A stretch of DNA of 32,000 nt from Geotalea uraniireducens Rf4 (GTDB taxonomy: Bacteria; Desulfobacterota; Desulfuromonadia; Geobacterales; Geobacteraceae): the NCBI RefSeq assembly GCF_000016745.1, contig NC_009483.1, positions 2,610,001-2,642,000 on the forward strand, read 5' to 3'. Shown piece by piece: positions 23,925-32,000 of this stretch; position 1 is the first letter of the stretch; each line of letters opens with the position of its first letter. The position numbers and the translations under genes were made by a program. The notes below the pieces were generated by a model. That model saw only the letters and a list, made by a program, of their open reading frames with translations, did no database searches and was not told where the DNA came from.

Positions 23925-24224
23925 ATGGAATCCATCTGGGATGAACAGAAAAATATGAGCAACAAGGCAAAGCATGGGGTAAGCTTCGAAACTGCCGCCC
24001 TGGTCTTTGACGATCCGTTACATCTCAGCATGCTGGACAGAATCGAAGGTGGCGAAGAACGCTGGCAGACCATGGGCATGGTTGGCAACGTCGTTGTACT
24101 TTTGGTAGCCCATACCTTCATCGAGGACGATGGCGAGGAAGTCGCCCGCATCATCTCAGCGCGTAAGGCAACCAGGAAAGAGAGGAAATGCTATGAGCAA
24201 GGTCACAAAGAAACGGGCCGCTGA
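23925..24224 (+). CDS. brnT: BrnT family toxin (DUF497)
   Basis: WDEQKNMSNKAKHGVSFETAALVFDDPLHLSMLDRIEGGEERWQTMGMV...RIISARKATRKERKCYE is a typical BrnT. Confidence 0.85.
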   Translation: MESIWDEQKNMSNKAKHGVSFETAALVFDDPLHLSMLDRIEGGEERWQTMGMVGNVVVLLVAHTFIEDDGEEVARIISARKATRKERKCYEQGHKETGR

Positions 24225-24465
24225 ACTGGCGGCGCTGGCAGCATTACCGGATGAAGAGATCGACACCACCGACATTCCAGAGACGGATAATTGGGACGCT
24301 GCAGTGGTTGGCCGTTTTTACCGTCCCGTCAAACAAACCGTCACCATCCGCCTCGATGCCGATGTGGTTGACTGGCTCAAAAAAGAGGGCAAAGGGTACC
24401 AGACCCGCGTCAACAAGATCCTCCGCACAGCGATGGAGAAGAAAAGAGACAAAAAAGCTGCCTAA
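24193..24465 (+). CDS. brnA: BrnA antitoxin (RHH/CopG-like)
   Basis: MSKVTKKRAAELAALAALPDEEIDTTDIPE...KQTVTIRLDADVVDWLKKEGKGYQTRVNKILRTAM is a typical BrnA. It overlaps the brnT 3' end. The start is taken at the internal ATG at 24193. Confidence 0.85.
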   Translation: MSKVTKKRAAELAALAALPDEEIDTTDIPETDNWDAAVVGRFYRPVKQTVTIRLDADVVDWLKKEGKGYQTRVNKILRTAMEKKRDKKAA

Positions 24466-24516
24466 AGCTATTTTTTGATCGTTCAGTTTCAATGATTCTC
24501 AAACAGGGGAGATAAC

Positions 24517-25629
24517 ATGAGTTTATGGGAAAAAGCCGTAGCGGAATTTATCGACGTTATCGAATGGACTGACGATTCAAGCGATACAATGGTCTGGAGG
24601 TTTCCGAGGTTTGAAAATGAGATCAAGTATGGCGCACAGCTGACCGTCCGGCAATCACAGGTCGCTGTTTTTGTGAACATGGGACAGATTGCCGATGTGT
24701 TTACATCCGGCCAGCATCGGCTGACAACCAAAAACCTCCCTGTCCTTACCACCCTCCTGGGCTGGAAATACGGATTTCAAAGCCCTTTCAAAGCCGAAGT
24801 TTATTTTATAAACACCAGGAATTTTACCAACCTCAAATGGGGAACAAAAAACCCTGTCATACTCCGCGACCCGGAATTCGGACCCGTGCGGCTGAGATCA
24901 TTCGGAACGTATGTTGTCAGGGTCAGCGAACCGGCAAAATTCATAAAAGAAATAGTGGGAACAGGCGGACATTTCACACTTAACGACGTATCCGAACAGC
25001 TGAAGAACCTGATTGTAACCAGATTCTCGGATATGCTCGGGGAAAGTAAAATCCCGGTCCTTGACCTGGCCGCCAATTATAATGAACTGTCGGCTTACCT
25101 GACCGGAAAAATTGCCCCTGAATTTCTGGAATACGGCCTTGAAATGACAAAACTTCTGGTTGAGAATATTTCCCTCCCCCAGGAAGTTGAAGAGGCACTG
25201 GATAAAAAAAGCAGCATGGGAATTATCGGCAACCTGGATAACTTCCTGAAGTTCCAGAGCGCAAATGCCTTGGAAGCCGCAGCAAATAATCCGGGCGGGG
25301 ATGCCTCGGCTGGAATAGGCATGGGAATGGGTTTTGCCATGGCGAGCCAGCTGGGAAAGATGGTGACCAACCCGCAGGAACCGTCGCACAGCGCACCGCC
25401 GCCTCCCCCCCTGCCCCGCGAAGAAACGGATATCAAGTATTATGTTGGGAAAAATGGCAAGCAGGCAGGCCCTTTTGATATAGATACAATCACCGGTTAC
25501 ATAAAAAAAGGAGCCATAACAAAAGAAACCCTCATGTGGAAGGAAGGCATGGACGCATGGAAGATAGCCGCATTATTCGGTGAATTTGAAACGTTGTTCA
25601 AGTCGACACCTCCACCGTTGCCGGAATAA
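24517..25629 (+). CDS. SPFH/Band-7 domain protein (YdjI/COG4260-like) with a Pro-rich linker and a C-terminal GYF_2-like domain
   Basis: 370 aa. The N-terminus MSLWEKAVAEFIDVIEWTDDSSDTMVWRFP... is typical of COG4260. The C-terminal part reads YYVGKNGKQAGPFDIDTITGYIKKGAITKETLMWKEGMDAWKIA. Confidence 0.75.
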   Translation: MSLWEKAVAEFIDVIEWTDDSSDTMVWRFPRFENEIKYGAQLTVRQSQVAVFVNMGQIADVFTSGQHRLTTKNLPVLTTLLGWKYGFQSPFKAEVYFINTRNFTNLKWGTKNPVILRDPEFGPVRLRSFGTYVVRVSEPAKFIKEIVGTGGHFTLNDVSEQLKNLIVTRFSDMLGESKIPVLDLAANYNELSAYLTGKIAPEFLEYGLEMTKLLVENISLPQEVEEALDKKSSMGIIGNLDNFLKFQSANALEAAANNPGGDASAGIGMGMGFAMASQLGKMVTNPQEPSHSAPPPPPLPREETDIKYYVGKNGKQAGPFDIDTITGYIKKGAITKETLMWKEGMDAWKIAALFGEFETLFKSTPPPLPE

Positions 25630-25707
25630 TGGACTCCCACAATTTGCACAACCATAAGTTATCTTTGGGGTATTTTTCCCATAAATTCGGAACCCACAGG
25701 AGACAAC

Positions 25708-26412
25708 GTGGCTAATTGCTGCAACTGTTCGGCACCCCTGCCGCCTAACTCGATACAATGCGATTATTGCGGAAGCCGAAATGATACCGACCTTAAAGGG
25801 GTTCACTACTATACGACCCATGAAACTGAATCGGAACGCATCTGCCCAAGGTGCAATATCAGGCTGAGGACCATTGATCTGAAGATAGACGGCAGGTTTT
25901 TGATCGAACGATGCGATGAATGCCTGGGGCTCTTTTTTGATCCGGGGGAACTGGAAGCGCTTCTGGAAGCAACGGTCTCCAACGTATTTACCATCAACAG
26001 AAGCCAGCTGGACAATATCAACAGCATGAGAGCCCATGACTACGGTGTATCCTACATCAAATGCCCGATTTGCTTGAAAATGATGAACCGCGTCAATTTC
26101 GGGACAAAGAGCGGTGTCATTGTCGATCGCTGTAAAGAACACGGCGTATGGCTCGACGGTGGTGAACTCAGGCACCTTTTCGAATGGATGAAAGCCGGCG
26201 GAAAACTCCTTCAGCAGGAACGGCAGGAACAGCTCAAAAAAGATGAAGCAGCAGAGCAAGAACGGCAACAACGCAAAAAATACGCACAATCTGCTTCGGG
26301 CGGGGATTATACGGAGTATTCCGGTTTCGATATGTACGGAAGTACCTTAAGGAATGCAGATCCTGATCTCTTTGAAATTGTAAAAGATGCGATCAGATTT
26401 TTCACAAAATAG
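25708..26412 (+). CDS. zinc-ribbon protein with two TFIIB-type zinc-ribbon (zf-TFIIB, YdjG-like) modules
   Basis: GTG start with an AGGAGA SD. It contains CCNC...CDYCG, CPRCN...CDECLGLFFDPGELEALL and CPICL...CKEHGVWLDGGELRHL, followed by a charged coiled-coil tail. Confidence 0.7.
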   Translation: MANCCNCSAPLPPNSIQCDYCGSRNDTDLKGVHYYTTHETESERICPRCNIRLRTIDLKIDGRFLIERCDECLGLFFDPGELEALLEATVSNVFTINRSQLDNINSMRAHDYGVSYIKCPICLKMMNRVNFGTKSGVIVDRCKEHGVWLDGGELRHLFEWMKAGGKLLQQERQEQLKKDEAAEQERQQRKKYAQSASGGDYTEYSGFDMYGSTLRNADPDLFEIVKDAIRFFTK

Positions 26413-26475
26413 CGCTTCAAAACGAACTCGCCGCAATAGGTTCACAGCAGAATTATTATCGCGAGGAAAATCGAC

Positions 26476-27258
26476 ATGCCCACAGACAGTAAATTGCGGA
26501 CTTTCAAGGTTTTCGACAGCCATTTCCATATTATCGACAAGCGTTTTCCCCTGGTTCCAAACAACGGCTACTTGCCCGATGATTTTACCTGTGAAGATTA
26601 TCTGGAACGCACCAAAAGCGTGAACCTGACCGGCGGGGCAATCGTCTCGGGCTCCTTCCAAGCCCTGGACCAGTCCTATTTGATAGACGCGCTGCAAAAG
26701 CTCGGCCCCGGTTTTGTCGGGGTGACCCAGTTGCCGGCCTCGGTCAGCGACGAGGAGGTGTTGAGGCTGAACGAGCTGGGGGTGCGGGCAGTCCGCTTTA
26801 ATCTCAAGCGTGGCGGTTCAGAAAAGGTTGAGAATCTCGAAGGGCTGGCGATGCGGATCTACGACCTTGCTCGTTGGCATGTGGAATTGTACGTCGACTC
26901 CAGGGATCTCCCCGATCTGCATGACACCCTCGACAGACTCCCCGCTGTCAGCATCGACCATCTGGGACTGTCCAAAGACGGCTTCACCACCCTCCTCTCC
27001 CTGGTCGAGCGTGGTGTGCGCGTCAAAGCAACCGGTTACAGCCGCGTGGATTTTGAGGTGAAGGGGGCATTGAGGGAAATCTGCGCCGTCAATCAGGACG
27101 CGCTGATGTTCGGCACCGACCTCCCCTCCACCCGTGCCCCCAGGCCCTACACGGATGATGATCTGCTCCTGACCGTCGAGGCCTTGGGCGAAGAGACGGC
27201 AAGAAAGGTCCTTTATGAAAATGCCGTTGCCTTCTACCGCCCAAAGCAGCTGAGTTAA
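26476..27258 (+). CDS. amidohydrolase-2 family TIM-barrel metal-dependent hydrolase (COG3618-like)
   Basis: 260 aa with an N-terminal FDSHFHII metal-binding motif and an amidohydrolase_2-type layout. Confidence 0.75.
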   Translation: MPTDSKLRTFKVFDSHFHIIDKRFPLVPNNGYLPDDFTCEDYLERTKSVNLTGGAIVSGSFQALDQSYLIDALQKLGPGFVGVTQLPASVSDEEVLRLNELGVRAVRFNLKRGGSEKVENLEGLAMRIYDLARWHVELYVDSRDLPDLHDTLDRLPAVSIDHLGLSKDGFTTLLSLVERGVRVKATGYSRVDFEVKGALREICAVNQDALMFGTDLPSTRAPRPYTDDDLLLTVEALGEETARKVLYENAVAFYRPKQLS

Positions 27259-27379
27259 TCCTCAGCCGGGTGAAAACTTCCCCTCATACCCGCGCCGGCG
27301 GCGTTAAATGGTTCTGTCTGCATTTCTTTCATGCTACAATGCCGGCATACCAATTCCAGACAGAGAAGGGAGCATTACC

Positions 27380-27952
27380 ATGGGCATCAAGGGAACGCAG
27401 ACGGGAAAAAACATCCTCACGGCATTTTGCGGCGAAAGCCAGGCGCGCAACCGCTATACGTATTTTGCAGCCAAGGCAAAGGCGGAAGGCTTTGTCCAGA
27501 TAGCGGACATATTCGAGGAGACGGCCAACCAGGAGAGGGAGCACGCCAAGCGGCTCTTCAAGCTACTTGAAGGTGGCGCGGTGGAGATTACCGCTGCATT
27601 TCCGGCCGGGGTGATCGGTTCGACCATAGATAACCTCAAGGAGGCGGCAGGCGGCGAGCACTATGAGCATACGGAGATGTACCCCGGTTTTGCCAAGGTG
27701 GCCGGGGAAGAAGGGTTCCCCCAGATCGCCGCTGTTTTCACGGCCATTGCCGTGGCGGAAAAGCAGCACGAAAAACGTTACCTTGAGCTGAAGGCCAACA
27801 TCGAGATCAACCGCGTATTCAAGCGGGAAGCGCCTGTGGTCTGGCGCTGCCGCAACTGCGGTTATCTTCACGAAGGGGCCGAAGCCCCGGCAAAATGCCC
27901 GGCATGCGACCATGCACAGGCCCACTTCGAGCTGCTCGGGGAAAACTGGTAG
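27380..27952 (+). CDS. rbr: rubrerythrin
   Basis: [30 protein letters not shown]..., ExxH di-iron motifs, and a C-terminal rubredoxin-like CRNCG...CPACD. The internal ATG at 27380 has a GAAGGGA SD. The ORF track start is 27308. Confidence 0.9.
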   Translation: MGIKGTQTGKNILTAFCGESQARNRYTYFAAKAKAEGFVQIADIFEETANQEREHAKRLFKLLEGGAVEITAAFPAGVIGSTIDNLKEAAGGEHYEHTEMYPGFAKVAGEEGFPQIAAVFTAIAVAEKQHEKRYLELKANIEINRVFKREAPVVWRCRNCGYLHEGAEAPAKCPACDHAQAHFELLGENW

Positions 27953-28102
27953 GCGCCGATTCCCCTGTCAACCGATTATGCAGGAACGGAGGGGCGCGAC
28001 TATCCATATCCAGCGGATATGCGCGTCCCTCTTGCACTTTCCCGTTGCCGCTTCTGGCCGCCGTGACCTCAACCGTTGAAAACTGCTCAAGCAAATCGTA
28101 AT

Positions 28103-28372
28103 ATGAATTGGCACGTCTATATCATTCAATGTTCTGACGACTCGCTCTACACGGGTATCACCACCGATGTCGAAAGGCGCCTGCGACAGCATGCCGATGG
28201 GCAGGGAGCGAAGTATTTTCGCAGTCGTCGGCCAAGTCGATTGGTGTATCTGGAAAGCGGCCACACGCGGAGTAGCGCAGGCAAGAGAGAAATGGAAATA
28301 AAGCGCATGAAACGCGCCGACAAATGCCTCCTGGCCGCCACCTCCGCCGATATGCAGACGACCGGCCAATAG
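28103..28372 (+). CDS. GIY-YIG nuclease superfamily protein (UPF0213/YhbQ-like)
   Basis: MNWHVYIIQCSDDSLYTGITTDVERRLRQHADGQGAKYFRSRRP...GKREMEIKRMKRADK is a canonical small GIY-YIG protein. Confidence 0.8.
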   Translation: MNWHVYIIQCSDDSLYTGITTDVERRLRQHADGQGAKYFRSRRPSRLVYLESGHTRSSAGKREMEIKRMKRADKCLLAATSADMQTTGQ

Positions 28373-28451
28373 TCGTTGACAGGAAAAGGACACAGAGGAT
28401 AAGCTGCCAATACCAGCCGGAGCAGGCTGGCACCACCACGGGGGGGGAATT

Positions 28452-29588
28452 ATGGGCATCACTCTTTTGGACATGCTGCTCGATGCCGGGCTGATTAACA
28501 GGGAACAGTTCGACGAAGCCCTGAAAAACCGGGTCTTGTACGGAGGGAAGATCGGCACAAGCCTGATCGAACTGGGCTATGTCCGGGAGGACGACCTCGC
28601 CCGGTTCCTGAGCAAGAAGCTGGCCGTTCCCTTTATCGACGCAGACCGTCTCCTGACGATCCCCCCTGAGATCATCCGGTTGATTCCCCGCAATATCGCC
28701 CTTACCTACGGGGTAATCCCTATCCATCGCGACAAGAAGCGCCTCTTCCTGGTCATGTCCGATCCCGCCGACCTGAAAGCCATCGACGAGATTTCCTTCA
28801 TTACCGGATTCATCATCAATCCGGTCACAGCCCCGGAGGTGCGGCTCGTCCAGGCGCTGGGGAAATACTATGACTACGAGGTCGATCGCCGCTACGCGCA
28901 GATCATCAGGCGGATAGAAGAGGAAAAGCCGACAGCGAAGCCGACGACCACTGTTCCACGTCCCGCTCCGGCAAGGATGGAAACGCCATATGTCCCGGCA
29001 TCAGCCACGTCAAACTCCCCGACTTTTACAAAAATCAATGAAGATGAACTGGAAGAGGTCGAGATTATCGATCATGAAGAATGGGTCAATCGGGTCGGTC
29101 ATTACTCCATCGACAATGTCTCCCAAACCCTTGCCAAGGTCGGGGATCGGGAGGAAATCGCCGGCATCCTCATCGGTTACCTGGGCCAGGAATTCGAACG
29201 GGTAGCCCTGTTTGTGATCAGGGGGGATGCGGCCTTCGGCTGGAAAGGGGTATACCGAGGAGAAACGATCGGGGATTTCGATAAACTGGTCATCCCTTTC
29301 ATCGATCAGTCGGTGCTCAAGACCGTGGCAGACGGTATGGGTTACTATCTCGGCGCGATTCCCGATACCCCGGAGAACGACCTGATGATAAACGCCATGG
29401 GGGGAGAAAAGCCCAAAGCAGCGTTACTTCTCCCCCTCGTCGTCTCGGGGCGGGTGGTTATGATCCTCTACGTGGAAGGTGGAGAAACGGACCTCGGAGA
29501 ACGATTCGTCGAACTGCACCGGCTGCTGGCAAAGGCCGTGCTCGCCTTCGAAATCCTGATTTTCCGCGAAAAGATCCTCATGCTTTAA
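28452..29588 (+). CDS. GspE/PilB N-terminal (T2SSE_N, MshEN-like) domain protein without an ATPase domain; C-terminal half of unknown (GAF-like?) fold
   Basis: 378 aa. The first 140 aa show the T2SSE_N pattern (LLDAGLINREQFDEAL...IELGYVREDDLARFLSKKLAVPFID...IPRNIALTYGVIPI). No Walker motifs are present. Confidence 0.7.
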   Translation: MGITLLDMLLDAGLINREQFDEALKNRVLYGGKIGTSLIELGYVREDDLARFLSKKLAVPFIDADRLLTIPPEIIRLIPRNIALTYGVIPIHRDKKRLFLVMSDPADLKAIDEISFITGFIINPVTAPEVRLVQALGKYYDYEVDRRYAQIIRRIEEEKPTAKPTTTVPRPAPARMETPYVPASATSNSPTFTKINEDELEEVEIIDHEEWVNRVGHYSIDNVSQTLAKVGDREEIAGILIGYLGQEFERVALFVIRGDAAFGWKGVYRGETIGDFDKLVIPFIDQSVLKTVADGMGYYLGAIPDTPENDLMINAMGGEKPKAALLLPLVVSGRVVMILYVEGGETDLGERFVELHRLLAKAVLAFEILIFREKILML

Positions 29589-29636
29589 TCAACCTGCGTG
29601 CCGTGCTCAACGTTTTTTGTACCTTCATGACATAGC

Positions 29637-29665
29637 AAAGGCCCGTCAAACAGGCCTTTTCTTTT
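29637..29665. terminator. hairpin terminator between convergent genes
   Basis: AAAGGCC-CGTCAAACA-GGCCTTT followed by TCTTTT. Confidence 0.5.
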
Positions 29666-29705
29666 AGTTCGCTTGCAACATCCTATTCACACCTCTTTCC
29701 CACTT

Positions 29706-30059
29706 TTATCTCCTGCCATTGGCTCCGATAAACAGGCTCAACAGGAAGCTGACGATACTGAAGACGAGCGCAGCTATAAAGGCCCGCCCGAAGCCTGCAA
29801 CATGAAATCCGCGAACAAGGTGGGACGCAAGGTAAAAGAGGAAGGCGTTGATGAAGAGGGTGAAAATGCCGAGGGTGAGGACCGTCACCGGCAGGGTGAG
29901 AAATATGAGCACCGGCCGGAGGAAGGCGTTGAGCAATCCCAGGACAACGGCAGCGGCAAAGACGGTCATCCAGTTATCGAGGGTGACCCCCGAAACAACA
30001 TGGGCAACCACGAGGAGTGCCGTGCTGTTTATAATCCATTTGATGATGAGCTGTTTCAC
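29706..30059 (-). CDS. phage holin family 4 (YvlD-like) small membrane protein
   Basis: 117 aa with four hydrophobic segments: MKQLIIKWIINSTALLVVAHVVSGV...LGLLNAFLRPVLIFLTLPVTVLTLGIFTLFINA. Confidence 0.7.
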   Translation of the reverse strand: MKQLIIKWIINSTALLVVAHVVSGVTLDNWMTVFAAAVVLGLLNAFLRPVLIFLTLPVTVLTLGIFTLFINAFLFYLASHLVRGFHVAGFGRAFIAALVFSIVSFLLSLFIGANGRR

Positions 30060-30402
30060 TGTCTCCTCCTCAAGTCCACGATCAACATCGCCTGAAACGA
30101 TGCTGCGCTTGCTTCTTTAAACATACCACAACTGCGAAGAATGCGACAAGGCCGGTGATTTGGCCCACCGCCACGAGACCCTCCAACAGCACATGCAGGG
30201 CATGTGCGTCGGCATTGCGTACATTTACAAAGCTTAGCGCTGTATGGTCCGCAGTCAATGTGAGTCACCCTACAAAATATGAACTGCCCTCCGACTTGCC
30301 CCCCCTCCTCTTCCTGTTATTATTACGAAATACTTAGCCCGATTGCAAATGGCAGCGAGAGCGATGAATTGCAGTATCGGTAACCGGACAAAGGAGAACC
30401 CC

Positions 30403-32000
30403 ATGCAGTTTGAGTTGCGTCTTCGGGAAAGCGAGGAGCTGTTTCATATACAGGTGGAGGGGGTGAAGGACTACGCGGTTTTCATGCTCGATACTCAGGG
30501 AAATGTCCTGAATTGGAATGCGGGCGCTGAGCGCTTGAAGGGTTATCGGGACGAGGAGATTATCGGTAAACATTTCTCCTGTTTCTATACCGAAGAGGAG
30601 CGGGCTGCCGGCAAGCCCGGAGAAGAACTCAAAAAAGCCGCGGCCGAGGGGCGGGTTGCAGATGAGGGGTGGCGGATCCGCAAGGACGGGAGCCGGTTCT
30701 GGGCCGATGTGATAATAACGGCGCTCCACGATGAAAACGGGAACCTGCGGGGGTTCTCAATAGTGACGCGCGACAACACCGAACGAAAAAAGACGGAAGA
30801 TGCCCTGCGTTTCAGCGAAGAACGTTATCGGGCCTTGTTTCGCGACAACCCGACCATGATCGTTACCCTCGATACCAAGTGGAAGATGCTCTCGGTCAAT
30901 CCATTTTGCGCAAGCCAATTGGGCTACACGACAAATGAACTGGAAGGTCAATCGGTACTGAATCTGTTCCATGAAGACGACCGCCCTGCCGTGACCGAGC
31001 AGCTACAGATGTGTTTGCGGAACCCAGATCAGGTGTATCACTGGCAGTTTCGCAAGATCCGCAAAGACGGGAGCCTGCTCTGGGTGGAGGAAACAGCGCA
31101 GGCGGTGTATGACCTGGGCGGCGCGCTCAACGTCCTGGTAGTCAGTCAGGACATCACCGAGCGCAAGCGGGCAGAAGAGGAACAGGAACAACTGCTGGTG
31201 CAACTCGACGCTGTCCTGAACAGCATCAACGAAGGAGTTATCATCTCCGACCTCGAGGGCAACGTGCTGACAATGAACCCGTCGGCACTGGCCATCCACG
31301 AATATGAAAATGTCGAGCAGGTCCGGCGGCAGCTGCACCTGTACCAGGAGACCTTCGAACTGTCCGACCTTGATGGACACCCGGTGCCGTTCGAACAATG
31401 GCCACAGGCCCGCGCGCTCCGCGGCGAACGGTTTGCCGACTACGAGGTGAGCGTCCGACGCAAGGATACGGATAAATCGTGGATCGGCAGCTATAGCGGC
31501 ACACCTGTGCAGACCAAGTCGGGTGACATCATCCTCTCCGTCGTCACGTTGCGCGACATCACCGAGCGCAAACGAGTGGAGGAGGCGCTACGGGAATCGG
31601 AGAACAAGTTCTCCAAGGTCTTCCAAACGACGCCGAGCATCCTCGTCATAACGTCCCTGGCAGACGGGAGGTACCTGGAGGTCAACGAGGCCTTCGAACG
31701 GGTGATGGGCTACCGCCGCGACGAGGTGATCGGCCGTACTTCGATGGAGCTCCACATCTGGCAGAACCCGGAAGATCGGGCCATTGTACTCCGGATGCTC
31801 GCTGAAGGAAAGAAAGTACATGACATGGAGATCGGCTTAAGGAACAAATCGGGAACCATTCTAGTCGGCCTCTATTCGACGGAGATCATCGAAATCGGCG
31901 CGGAACAATGTCTGTTGAACGTGTTGAACGACATCACCGCCCGCAAGAAGGCGGAAGAAGAGCTGCGCCACAGCGAGGAGCGCTATCGCCGTCTCTACAA
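30403..32000 (+). CDS. multi-PAS/PAC sensor protein (probably a histidine kinase), N-terminal part; continues beyond the window end
   Basis: Not in ORF track because it is open at the window end. The ATG at 30403 follows AAGGAGA. Translation gives MQFELRLRESEELFHIQVEGVKDYAVFMLDTQGNVLNWNAGAERLKGY... with at least 4 PAS units separated by D(I/N)TERK(R/K).EE linkers. Confidence 0.9.
   Translation, partial: MQFELRLRESEELFHIQVEGVKDYAVFMLDTQGNVLNWNAGAERLKGYRDEEIIGKHFSCFYTEEERAAGKPGEELKKAAAEGRVADEGWRIRKDGSRFWADVIITALHDENGNLRGFSIVTRDNTERKKTEDALRFSEERYRALFRDNPTMIVTLDTKWKMLSVNPFCASQLGYTTNELEGQSVLNLFHEDDRPAVTEQLQMCLRNPDQVYHWQFRKIRKDGSLLWVEETAQAVYDLGGALNVLVVSQDITERKRAEEEQEQLLVQLDAVLNSINEGVIISDLEGNVLTMNPSALAIHEYENVEQVRRQLHLYQETFELSDLDGHPVPFEQWPQARALRGERFADYEVSVRRKDTDKSWIGSYSGTPVQTKSGDIILSVVTLRDITERKRVEEALRESENKFSKVFQTTPSILVITSLADGRYLEVNEAFERVMGYRRDEVIGRTSMELHIWQNPEDRAIVLRMLAEGKKVHDMEIGLRNKSGTILVGLYSTEIIEIGAEQCLLNVLNDITARKKAEEELRHSEERYRRLY

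Noticed and set aside
27968-28558. Minus-strand 196-aa ORF, plus 28158-28727 (189 aa)
   Set aside because: They are antisense to the clearly recognisable GIY-YIG gene and to the start of the GspE-N gene, and show no domain signature.
30334-31821. Minus-strand ORFs (131, 64, 71, 131, 87, 64 and 77 aa) at the right end of the window
   Set aside because: All are antisense to a long plus-strand multi-PAS ORF (30403 to beyond 32000). That ORF is missing from the track only because it has no stop in the window. The PAS repeats and a good SD support the plus strand.

Overview
GC-rich bacterial chromosomal segment. Gene content looks Geobacter/Desulfuromonadales-like, but that is inference only. The backbone is housekeeping: scpA (partial), trpS, an M50 protease, tex, a Pro-Arg-His-Leu tRNA operon, rdgB, rph, a secreted beta-helix protein, a GAF-GGDEF cyclase, class II RNR nrdJ, rubrerythrin, and a multi-PAS sensor that runs off the right edge. 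scpA and the PAS gene are missing from the ORF track because they are open at the window ends.

There are two visibly AT-richer accessory insertions:
- About 5243-8933: a single 1011-aa lipoprotein with nine PKD-like repeats, inserted at the 3' end of tRNA-Leu. A degenerate tRNA 3'-end remnant sits at the far border.
- About 15.7-24.5 kb: a plus-strand accessory block. It holds an IS200-like/RAYT-type Y1 transposase with palindromic repeats, a decayed HigA/ImmA gene, a VOC protein, a hypothetical protein, a methyltransferase split by an ISL3 element (8-bp TSD), PPC and cupin proteins, a PaaI thioesterase split by a 221-bp foldback MITE, a CAP-domain protein and BrnT/BrnA.

The most unusual sequence-level signals:
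- Three housekeeping spacers carry arrays with strict 7-nt periodicity. One of them builds a Trp-codon-rich uORF whose stop abuts the trpS start codon.
- A roughly 100-bp double-palindrome module occurs both inside and just upstream of the Y1-transposase ORF.
- A shared repeat family sits at the gene junctions of the accessory block.

No rRNA, CRISPR array or recognisable complete defence system was seen. All homology calls come from reading the translations by eye, not from searches.
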